DNA of 64,000 nucleotides from Ylistrum balloti (lineage: Eukaryota), in the NCBI RefSeq assembly GCF_031769215.1, contig NW_026782363.1:124001-188000 (forward strand), read 5' to 3'. The notes under the pieces are model-generated. The model worked only from the letters and a program-made list of their open reading frames with translations, ran no database searches and was not told where the DNA came from. Position 1 is the first letter of the stretch. Every line of letters begins with the position of its first letter. Below, in pieces: positions 52,556 to 64,000 of this stretch. Made by a program: the position numbers and the translations under genes.

Positions 52556-53325
52556 ATTGGTAAATTTACACCTGTCACCTTTGTGAAATTGGTAAATTTA
52601 CACCTGTCACCTTTGTGAAATTGGTAAATTTACACCTGTCACCTTTGTGAAATTGGTAAATTTACACCTGTCACCTTTGTGAAATTGGTAAATTTACACC
52701 TGTCACCTTTGTGAAATTGGTAAATTTACAACTGTCACCTTTGTGAAATTGGTAAATTTACACCTGTCACCTTTGTGAAATTGGTAAATTTACACCTGTC
52801 ACTTTTGTGAAATTGGTAAATTTACACCTGTCACCTTTGTGAAATTGGTAAATTTACACCTGTCACCTATGTGAAATTGGTAAATTTACACCTGTCACCT
52901 TTGTGAAATTGGTAAATTTACACCTGTCACCTTTGTGAAATTGGTAAATTTACACCTGTCACTTTTGTGAAATTGGTAAATTTACACCTGTCACCTTTGT
53001 GAAATTGGTAAATTTACACCTGTCACCTATGTGAAATTGGTAAATTTACACCTGTCACCTTTGTGAAATTGGTAAATTTACACCTGTCACCTTTGTGAAA
53101 TTGGTAAATTTACACCTGTCACCTTTGTGAAATTGGTAAATTTACACCTGTCACTTTTGTGAAATTGGTAAATTTACACCTGTCACCTTTGTGAAATTGG
53201 TAAATTTACACCTGTCACCTATGTGAAATTGGTAAATTTACACCTGTCACCTATGTGAAATTGGTAAATTTACACCTGTCACCTATGTGAAATTGGTAAA
53301 TTTACACCTGTCACCTATGTGAAAT
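52556..53325. repeat. 32-bp minisatellite, about 24 near-identical copies
   Basis: Unit TTGGTAAATTTACACCTGTCACCTTTGTGAAA. Confidence 0.98.
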
Positions 53326-53904
53326 TCAACCACCTTAAGACAATATATATCTTTTATAAACATTTGCTGGAAGTGGACTGTACTTCCTTAAAAAAAATCC
53401 TGATCATTGAAACTAGGGTAAAGTTAATATGGAAGTATATATCCTTTTACAAAAAAAGATACCTTTGAAAACTTCGGTAAAAGTAGAGTGTTTTGTAAAT
53501 AATAAATTACAGCAACAAATTAACAAAGAGCATGGGAATGAGGTGCTGTATTTAGGACAAAAGGATTTTGTTTGATGCTTGAAGTTGACCATATTACTGA
53601 TAGTATTTAGGTTCAGATGGATAGTCATTATACATATATAGCCTTGTAGATCAAACACTTCAAATATGGGTCACTAAGTAGTGTTTAAGGTTACCAGGTC
53701 TTTAAGTAGAAAGTCCTACTTTTGTCTCGGCAAACGAGGTTGTTTGTCACATCCGCGCTATAAATCATTTGCTGCTGTATTGGAGGCATTTTAAAGGAAA
53801 TCAGGAAACTAAACATACTCTTTTTTAAACTATTCGTCTCTTGTGTTTCACCAAACCTAGGTATACCAAGAATTAGATGTACATCTTTACATAATTAATA
53901 CTGT

Positions 53905-55975
53905 GCAGTGATTCAGTAGATAGTGGGCCACAGCTGATGACACGATACTGAGGATACTACTGTACCCTAGATATTCAGTAGATAGTAGGTCACAGCTGAT
54001 GACTTGGTACTGAGGATACTACTGTATACTAGTGTGTGTACCCTTGATATTCAGTAGATAGTGGGTCACAGCAGATGACATGGTACTGAGGATACTACTG
54101 TACCCTAGATATTCAGTAGATAGTGGGCCACAGCTGATGACACGATACTGAGGATACTACTGTACCCTAGATATTCAGTAGATAGTAGGTCACAGCTGAT
54201 GACATGGTACTGAGGATACTACTGTACACTAGTGTGTGTACCCTAGATATTCAGTAGATTTTGGGTCACAGCTGATGACATGGTACTGAGGATACTACTG
54301 TACCCTAGATATTCAGTAGATAGTGGGCCACAGCTGATGTCATGGTACTGAGGATACTACTGTACCCTAGATATTCAGTAGATAGTGGGTCACAGCTGAT
54401 GACATGGTCCTGAGAATACTACTGTACACTAGTGTGTGCACCCTAGATATTCAGTAGATAGTGGGCCACAGCTGATGACACGATACTGAGGATACTACTG
54501 TACTCTAGATATTCAGTAGATAGTAGGTCACAGCTGATGTCATGGTACTGAGGATACTACAGTACACTAGTGTGTGCACCCTAGATATTCAGTAGATAGT
54601 GGGCCATAGCTGATGACATGGTATTGAGGATACTACTGTACCCTAGATATTCAGTAGATAGTGGGCCACAGCTGATGCCATGGTACTGAGAATACTACTG
54701 TACCCTAGATATTCAGTAGATAGTGGGCCACAGCTGATGACACGATACTGAGGATACTACTGTACCCTAGATATTCAGTAGATAGTGGGCCACAGCTGAT
54801 GTCATGGTACTGAGAATACTACTGTACCCTAGATATTCAGTAGATAGTGGGTCACAGCTGATGTCATGGTACTGAGGATACTACTGTACCCTAGATATTC
54901 AGTAGATAGTAAGTCACAGCTGATGTCATGGTACTGAGGATACTACTGTACCCTAGATTTTCAGTAGATAGTGGGTCACAGCTGATGACATGGTATTGAG
55001 GATACTACTGTACCCTAGTATGTGTACCCTTGATATTCAGTAGATAGTGGGTCACAGCTGATGACACAGTACTAAGGATACTACTGTACACTAGTGTGTG
55101 TACCCTTGATATTCAGTAGATAGTGGGTCACAGCTGATGACACAGTACTAAGGATACTACTGTACACTAGTGTGTGTACCCTTGATATTCAGTAGATAGT
55201 GGGTCACAGCTGATGTCATGGTACTGAGGATACTACAGTACACTAGTGTGTGCACCCTAGATATTCAGTAGATAGTGGGTCACAGCTGATGTCATGGTAC
55301 TGAGGATACTACTGTACCCTAGATATTCAGTAGATAGTGGGCCACAGCTGATGACATGGTACAGAGGAAACTACTGTACACTAGTGTGTGTACCCTAGAT
55401 ATTCAGTAGATAGTGGGCCACAGCTGATGACATGGTACTGAGGATATACTGTACCCTAGATATTCAGTAGATAGTGGGCCACAGCTGATGACATGGTACT
55501 GAGGATACTACTGTACCCTAGATTTTCAGTAGATTGTGGGTCACAGCTGATGACATGGTCCTGAGAATACTACTGTACACTAGTGTGTGTACCCTTGATA
55601 TTCAGTAGATAGTGGGCCACAGCTGATGACACGATACTGAGGATACTACTGTACCCTTGATATTCAGTAGATAGTGGGTCACAGCTGATGACACAGTACT
55701 AAGGATACTACTGTACACTAGTGTGTGTACCCTAGATATTCAGTAGATAGTGGGCCACAGCTGATGACATGGTACTGAGGATACTACAGTACCCTAGATA
55801 TTCAGTAGATATTGGGCCACAGCTGATGTCATGGTACTGAGGATACTACTGTACCCTAGATATTCAGTAGATAGTGGGTCACAGCTGATGACATGGTACT
55901 GAGGATACTACTGTACACTAGTGTGTGCACCCTAGATATTCAGTAGATTGTGGGTCACAGCTGATGTCATGGTAA
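53905..55975. repeat. 62/76-bp dimorphic minisatellite, about 31 copies
   Basis: 62-bp unit GATATTCAGTAGATAGTGGGCCACAGCTGATGACATGGTACTGAGGATACTACTGTACCCTA, with or without a 14-bp insert ACTAGTGTGTGTAC. Confidence 0.97.
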
Positions 55976-58900
55976 TACACACAACCATGATTTTAACTAT
56001 GTCATTTGATTTGATAATCATTTGATTATTTATGAAACCTTATACCTGTGAACACAACACATTGGAATCAGTTGATGATACGTAACATTTACTGACACTG
56101 ATGAACTAATGATACATATCTGAAGGTGTTAAAGTTGTAACTAATTGGCATCTTAATATCTTGTTTGTTTCAGTCAGAAATGATTGTAAAACATCATACA
56201 CTGACTCATCTTTGCTGTACTTTAGAATTGGCAAGTTTATCAATTTTTCAGTCTTGGTCAATAACTGATAATGTAAATTTTAATCACTACTTTGAACAAA
56301 TTTTTAAGAAACTTTTTTCTGGTTGATAAATATCTGCTCATATTTTCTGAGGGACAATAATTGCCAGTTAAAATTCAGTGATGCCCTATCAGCTCGTTTG
56401 GGGCCTGTGACATTTTATCCTGCTAGACGTGGTATACCTGGTATTACACATCCGACTCTCTTATTCTATCGAATGAACATTCTATTTAAAGATCCATTTT
56501 GTCCGTTTTGTCTTTTATGGACTCAAGTTAAGATATTGGTTGATTGTGATAATGTGGTTTTATCCTGCTAGTTGTAAAGACATTGTATGAGAAAATCTAT
56601 CTCCTTAGATTTGTGTTGCTAGATTTTCTTAATGTGCAGGATTTCTATTTCCAAGGCTTTTTAATGCTGATTCTAATGGAGAAGAATGAAGATGTTTTAT
56701 TATTGATGGCATGTTACTTAAAATGTAACAGCCAGTCAGTAACGATTCTAAATATGGAGTGTAATTGATAAAGGACCAATGTCACTGTGGTAATTGTACA
56801 GAGACCTACCTGTAGGATCCTGGGATTTGCTGATATGAAATAAATTTGTACAGAAGAATTATTTTTATATCTAATGCAGATAAATTTGTATAAGAAATAA
56901 TTGTCACTTTTTTAGACAACTTAAATGTTTGTTAGAATGCAGAGTAGACTTACTATAATAACTTTAACAGGAAGACTGCAGAATACTGATCCTTTAGTAA
57001 AATCTTCATTCACAAATATGGTCTTTCCAATAACTTCATTGATAAATATTCCCAGGCCTTTCTATGAAAGGCTATGAAAATTAGTTAGAAGTGTGCTTTG
57101 ATAGTTGAAAAAATGTTTCATAATAATCGAGTGCCAGGATGTGCATAATCTGGCAGACCCATCTTTGTCTAGTACACTTGTGAATGTCCATGTATTTTTT
57201 CCCAAATTAGGATATTGTACAAACAGTATTACATACCCTATGAGTGTTCACTTCAGACAAGATAATATGCTGGAAAGTTTTACTTTGATGCCTTTACTTT
57301 GTTTCAACATATCTATAAATTGCTCTTGATAATCTCCATGTCAATGTTGTATTTGACTATTCTCTATAAATCCACAGACAGACATATACACAGATTGGTC
57401 ATGACCCTTTGTCTTGTGTTGCTGTTTGTGTGTAGAACATGACTTGGCTATAAGGTAGGCCAAGTTGTGGGTATATAACATTCTCTATGAGTGACTAGAT
57501 ATTGTACTGCTTGATGCAAATTATCTGCAGAAACATGTTATTTGCTAACGTATTGAAGTTATTCCTTGATTTCTTTTCTAACAAAACTAATTAAAACCTG
57601 GTTGCCAGCGGAACAAAAAATGACAAAGTGGTATTGTACCTCTACAAAGTAGCACATATCAAGGTAGTTCCCAAATCTGCAAAACTATGATTTTATTCTT
57701 ATCCAATCAAAAGCTAGTCATATGGTCATCCTTTTTTGAGATATTGCTAAAATTAGTCAAGTATTGACAGAATAGTCAGTTATATCAGAAAGCAATTACC
57801 AAAATATTCATCAGAGAAGACAGAATGTAATTAAATTGTTAGTTCCAAACCACATGTTTTTCATGCGATGAAAGGTAGATATTTTTGTGCTCAGACAATA
57901 CTTTGATTCCTTTGATATGTACCGACCTGTTACACATAAATCTGTCAGATTTCATTGAAGTCCTGTTGTAAAAGAGTACAACATGCTTTAAGATGGTGTA
58001 ATATGAAATGAAATTACCAACAAAATGGCTGCCAAAGGAACCCTTCTGATTGGTTGAAATTTAGATACTGTCTGATTTGCATGAAATGTTGTATGTATGT
58101 ACTGTCTGACATCAGGAACACAATGACAATGTCCATTTTCTGATTTAAAAAAAATGACCAGTACAATATGGTGATGTGCCCCCTCTGGTGACTTTGTATT
58201 TCTCTCCCTTCTCAATGAGTTATCCCTCCTTTATATAAAAAATAACACAATTTTTTCCAGCTAGCCATTTCCGATTTTCCAGTTGACTTGACATATGGTT
58301 CACATCTTCATTAAACTGTACAATTTGATATATAGTACAGGTTTTTCTTAAATAGCTGTGTGTCTTTAGGATGCTCAGCATCTTATAGCCATCACCAAGA
58401 TCAATTGATCTTACTAGGCTATTTATAGCCCAAACGGAATTTTACACTACAAAAAGACCCAACAATGCACATACACCTCCATGTAGAGGATATAAAATGT
58501 GTTCATGAAGTGTTTGATGCTGTCATTTTATAAATGCATGTATACAACATTAATAGATACAAAAGAAAATGCAAAAATGTTATAAGATGTCTTGTTTTAA
58601 ATGAATACATGGGACTATTATAACTCTTCTTCTCTGTTCGGAAGAAAAATTATATTGTCTGCACTGTTCAATTTATCTCCCTTCTTCCATACTTTCGAAG
58701 TTTCAGTAGGCCTTAATTCCTATCAATATCGAAGTTCATGGAATATCTATGTCTCCAAGATCAAGTTTCTTACATGATTTATAAAATAGACGTTTGAAAT
58801 CCTTTCTACCTTTTGAAATTATGTGATAATGAATTGATTGAAAAGTTTAAGAAAACTTTAGTACGAAACAACACTGACTTGTGTAAAGTTAGCTTTTTAT

Positions 58901-59477
58901 GATAAATTCTGGCTGTAAGCACAGATGAGAAAACAAGAGTGTGAAAGATATATATTGCAGGAAGAAATAAAATGCGGTCAGCAAACTACATAGATACAAA
59001 CAAAACAGCCTTAAGATTACATCATCAAATTTGTATTAATAAAAGGTTTGTAATTATTTCAGTATTGGCATCATTTATTATTATGTGTTAATGTTTTGTC
59101 ATAAACTTACAGGCCTAATTATGAATGTTCAGCATATTGTGAAGAGCATGCTATATACAAACTATAAACTGATGAAATGTTATTGGTAACTACTGTGTAA
59201 GGTACTTTAGTTAAAAAAAAAGACAACAGATATTTGGATAAAGCTAGTAATTGATTGGTTGTCAGTAGCCAGTGATAATAGGTGATCATCAATGTTGAAA
59301 TCTTAACCCGTCTGTATAAACACAAGAAAATATTCAACAGGAATATAATAGCTCAATACTTCAAACCTTCAGTGGCCTATAACAGTGCATTACACTGCAA
59401 AAATGTGCAGATATCAGAGTCACACTTGACTGGACATGATCAGTTATTACTTCTTCAATCACACTCATCCATCATAA

Positions 59478-59606
59478 NNNNNNNNNNNNNNNNNNNNNNN
59501 NNNNNNNNNNNNNNNNNNNNNNNNNNNNNNNNNNNNNNNNNNNNNNNNNNNNNNNNNNNNNNNNNNNNNNNNNNNNNNNNNNNNNNNNNNNNNNNNNNNN
59601 NNNNNN
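59478..59606. other. Assembly gap (129 N)
   Basis: Run of N. Confidence 1.
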
Positions 59607-59779
59607 TTCTTACTGATATACCACAACCTTTATTCCTTTCTTTATGTCTGTTAGTGCCAATGACACTTTGATCTTGTTTTTTTTAAGAATTTCTGGCAGC
59701 CATGTTAACTTGGTATTGTAAACAGGTTTTACTATAAATGGCCATTTCTCCTTCGTCATTCAACAGATTTATTAGTTGA

Positions 59780-60172
59780 CTATGGTCAAATGCTATATCT
59801 CATTACAACCTGATGTAGAATACATTATGTGTTTCAGAAACAGTTACTATGGTAACATAATCCTGGCATCTGATTGGTCAAAATTTAGATATTAACTAAT
59901 TTTGGTCAAATTTAGTATATAGTAGTATAAGTGGATGCCAAATATTACGGAATGTGTTTCATTGCTATGACAACCATTCTAAGGCAAATGTTGGCCTCTT
60001 ATTGGTTGAAATTTAGATATTGTCAGATATTTACCTTATATAAAGGTATTAGGGAATGCCAAAAATAAATTTTCAACTCTTTTTGATTTTTTCCACAGAA
60101 TATTGACCAGATTTGGTATATTGAGGTCTTCTGTGGGGATATTTATTATCCTCAGGATGACAGTTCTGGTAT
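59780..60172 (+). mobile_element. HINE-like element related to 34657-34934
   Basis: Internal ATTGG(T/TT)..AAATTTAGATAT subrepeats (also seen at about 58050); 3' GGGGATAT and hairpin TATCCTCAGGATGACAGTTCT. Confidence 0.6.
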
Positions 60173-61029
60173 TTTTTACCACAGTGGGGGTGTTTGTGGG
60201 ACTTGTGTAACGGATGTGTTACAATGAGAACTTGATCTTTTTGTTTTTATAAGTATATAACTGAAGCGTGTTGTAAATGTTCAGAGATCGATGCTTACGA
60301 AGTTATTCACTTGTCTTTTTATCTAGAAACATGTCCAGTAAGATGTATACAGGAAATGTATACAACTAAGATTTTTAAGATTATCATTAACTGTGTTAAA
60401 TTTTTCCCTTAAAAACTTCTGAATGGACAAAAAGGCCAAGGGTTATGACATTAACGAAATGTCAGTCAAGTTTAGAAAAATGAATTACATTGACCCACTT
60501 TCATGGTTTTTAAACGGCCAATAAACCTTAAATCAAATGTCCTGGTATTGGATCAGTAGCACATTGTTGCATGTTGGGTTGAAAAATTATCAAATTTTCT
60601 AAGATTGATGAATTAATTGACCAAGGCCAGTTTTAAGTGTAAAAGCAACATGTTCAGACAGCTTCTTATCAATTACGCAATAGTCCAGCATCAAGAGTTG
60701 TGACCAATATCATGTTGGGATGAAGCCTTAAACCACTTTCAAGGCCGCAGGGGTGAAATGTATCAAAAATTGTTTTCCCATCTCCAGTGCAACATTCTGA
60801 TATGTATGAGTAATATTGTTGATTTATTAATATTGTTTAATCCAACTTTAATCTTACTTTTGTTAACAGCTTAAAACTTGATCACAATAATGCCTACTTA
60901 CAATATAGGTATTATATATATTCCATTTAATGTTGCACAAATTTCTATGTTACATATTTCCATAGGAAAAATAGATACACATAATGGAAGACATAAATTA
61001 TAAATAGTCTTCTATCAATGTCAAACACT

Positions 61030-62300
61030 GGCAGTCTAGAGGATTATCCTGACACACTAAGACATATAGCTGTCAGTCTGGGGGATTATTTTGGCACACT
61101 AGGACGTATAGCTGACAGTCTGGAGGATTATCTTAACATACTAGAACATATAGCTGGCAGTCTGGAGGATTATCTTGACACACTAGGACATATAGCTTTC
61201 AGTCTGGAGGATTATCTTGACACACTAAGACATACAACTGACAGTCTGGAGGAATATCTTGACACACTAGGACATATAGCTGGCAGTCTGGAGGATTATC
61301 TTGACACACTAGGACATATAGCTGACAGTCTGGAGGATTATCCTGACACACTAGGAGATATAGCTATCAGTCTAGAGGATGATACTAGGACATATAGCTG
61401 GCAGTCTTGAAGATTATCTTGACACACTAGGAGATATAGCAATCAGTCTAGAGGTTTATCTTGACACACTAGGAGATATAGCTGGCAGTCTGGAGGATAA
61501 TCTTGACACACTAGGAGATATAGCTATCAGTCTAGAGAATAATACTAGGACATATAGCTGGCAGTCTTGAAGATTATCTTGACACACTAGGACATATATC
61601 TGGCAGTCTTGAAGATTATCTTGACACACTAGGACATATAGCTGTCAGTCTGGAGGATTATCTTGACAAACTAGAACAAATATCTTGCAGTCTTGAGGAT
61701 TATCTTAACATACTAGAACATATAGCTGTTAGTCTGGAGGATTATCTTGACACACTAGGAGATATAGCTGACAGTCTGGAGGATTATCTTGACACACTAG
61801 GACATACAACTGACAGTCTGGAGGATTATCTTGACATACTAGGACATAGAGCTGTCAGTCTGGAGGAATATCTTGACACACTAGGAGATATAGCTGGCAG
61901 TCTGGAGAATTATCTTGACACACTAGAACATACAACTGACAGTCTGGAGGATTATCTTGACATACTAGGACATAGAGCTGTCAGTCTGGAGGAATATCTT
62001 GACACACTAGGACATATAGCTGGCAGTCTGGAGGATTATCTTGACACACAAGGACATATAGCTGACAGTCTGGAGGATTATCTTGACACACTAGGACATA
62101 CAACTGACAGTCTGGAGGATTATCTTGACATACTAGGACATAGAGCTGTCAGTCTGGAGGAATATCTTGACACACTAGGACATATAGCTGGCAGTCTGGA
62201 GGATTATCTTGACACACTAGAACAAATAGCTTGCAGTCTGGAGGATTATCTTGACACACTAGGACATACAGCTGGCAGGCTATAAGATTATCTTATCACC
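61030..62300. repeat. 42-bp minisatellite, about 30 copies
   Basis: Unit CTGGCAGTCTGGAGGATTATCTTGACACACTAGGACATATAG. Confidence 0.97.
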
Positions 62301-62657
62301 CCGCAATATGTAGCTGGCAGGCCTCATACAGGTCTCATTTTGACACCTGTGCATGTGACCTGTTATGTGAGCATCACTACAACAGCCTCATTAAAGCCAT
62401 TAAAGGGGTAAAAAGGATCCTGTATAGGTTATGTAGACTCACATCTAGTTGTGTAACGTAATACTTTTTGATAATGTTGTGTCATGCAGTCATGTTCCTG
62501 TAATCAGTTTTATCAGAACTGAAAAATGATATGGTAAAGAAGTTTGAAAATAAACAGAAATCAACACTATGCAAATACAAGTATAAAAAAGTAATGTTGC
62601 ACAAATTTCTGTGTTACAACTTATCCATAGTTATAAATAGTCTACTGGCAATGTCAA

Positions 62658-63657
62658 ACACTGGCAGTCTAGAGGATTATACTAGGACATACAGCTGGCA
62701 GTCTAGAGGATTATACTAGGACATCTAGCTGGCAGTCTAGAGGATAATACTAGAATATATAGCTGGCAGTCTAGACGATTATACTAGGACATATAGCTGG
62801 CAGTCTAGAGGATAATACTAGGACATATAGCTGGCAGTCTAGAGGATAATACTAGAACATATAGCTGGCAGTCTAAAGGATAATACTAGAACATATAGCT
62901 GGCAGTCTAGAGGATTATACTAGGACATATAGCTGGCAGTCTAGAGGATAATACTAGAACATATAGCTGGCAGTCTAGAGGATTATACTAGGACATATAG
63001 CTGGCAGTCTAGAGGATAATAGTAGAACATATAGCTGGCAGTCTAGAGGATAATAGTAGAACATATAGCTGGCAGTCTAGAGGATTATACTAGGACATAT
63101 AGCTGGCAGTCTAGAGGGTAATAATACAACATATAGCTGTCAGTCTGGAGGATAATAGTAGAACATATAGCTGGCAGTCTAGAGGATTATACTAGGACAT
63201 ATAGCTGGCAGTCTAGAGGATTATACTAGGACATATAGCTGGCAGTCTAGAGGATTATACTAGGACATATAGCTGGCAGTCTAGAGGATAATAGTAGAAC
63301 ATATAGCTGGCAGTCTAGAGGATAATAGTAGAACATATAGCTGGCAGTCTAGAGGATTATACTAGGACATATAGCTGGCAATCTAGAGGATTATACTAGG
63401 ACATATAGCTGGCAATCTAGAGGATAATACTAGAACATATAGCTGGCAGTCTAGAGGATTATACTAGGACATATAGCTGGCAGTCTAGAGGATTATCTTG
63501 ACACACTAGGAGATATAGCTGGCAGTCTAGAGGATTATCTTGACACACTAGGACATATAGCTGGCAGTCTAGAGGATTATCTTGACACACTAGGACATAT
63601 AGCTGGCAGTCTAGAGGATTATCTTGACACACTAGGACATATAGCTGGCAGTCTGGA
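62658..63657. repeat. 34-bp minisatellite (8-bp deletion relative of the 42-bp unit), ending in several 42-bp units
   Basis: Unit CTGGCAGTCTAGAGGATTATACTAGGACATATAG. Confidence 0.97.
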
Positions 63658-64000
63658 TGAGATATGACTTTGCTGATGTTTTGGTCAGCTAGGACTACTG
63701 GACTGTTTACAGGATTGATGAGATATGACTTTGGTGATGTTTTGGTCAGCTAGGATAATGGTACTACTGTACTGTTTACAGGATTGATGAGATTAGGTTG
63801 TTATAGACTAGTACATTACAAAGCTTTTCAAAACGATGTGAACTTAGATGTCAAAATTTATTTCCAGTATAATGTGTATGACATTTTGTTTAATCCGTCT
63901 GTGTTGGGAGAAAATTGACATAAATAAGGTCAGTTCATGTTTCTCCAAGCAAGACTAATATATTCAATGACTTATAAAATTCCCAATAAAATTTTCAAAA

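Noticed and set aside
38348-55975. CRISPR-like appearance of repeats of 22-62 bp
   Set aside because: No unique spacers and no cas genes, in a eukaryotic context; these are contiguous tandem units

Overview
AT-rich, intron-rich animal genomic DNA. The Helentron/HINE-like and MITE repeats suggest a bivalve mollusc (inference). The left half holds three conserved genes that I spliced by hand with phase-consistent GT-AG junctions. POLR1C (RPAC1/RPC40) is on the minus strand, with 6 exons visible, and runs off the left edge. AP2S1 (AP-2 sigma, 142 aa) is complete on the plus strand, head-to-head with POLR1C and only 188 bp between the ATGs. An ARHGAP11A-like RhoGAP is complete on the minus strand (11 coding exons, about 1248 aa). 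The right half (32.6-64 kb) has no recognisable protein family. It holds a candidate first exon divergent from ARHGAP11A, a few candidate internal exons, non-autonomous transposons, a SINE-like element, a 129-N gap and nine minisatellite arrays covering about half of 38-64 kb. Most long ORFs in the supplied track are translations of these arrays. The most unusual observations are: (1) the last ~35 codons of ARHGAP11A, including the stop, are tandemly repeated about 7 times into its 3' UTR; (2) a candidate exon's splice donor is the first unit of a minisatellite of decoy donors; (3) a duplicated satellite pair has 42-bp versus 34-bp monomers; (4) a CAGGG-ended MITE has a 5-bp TSD. I found no clearly novel multi-gene system.
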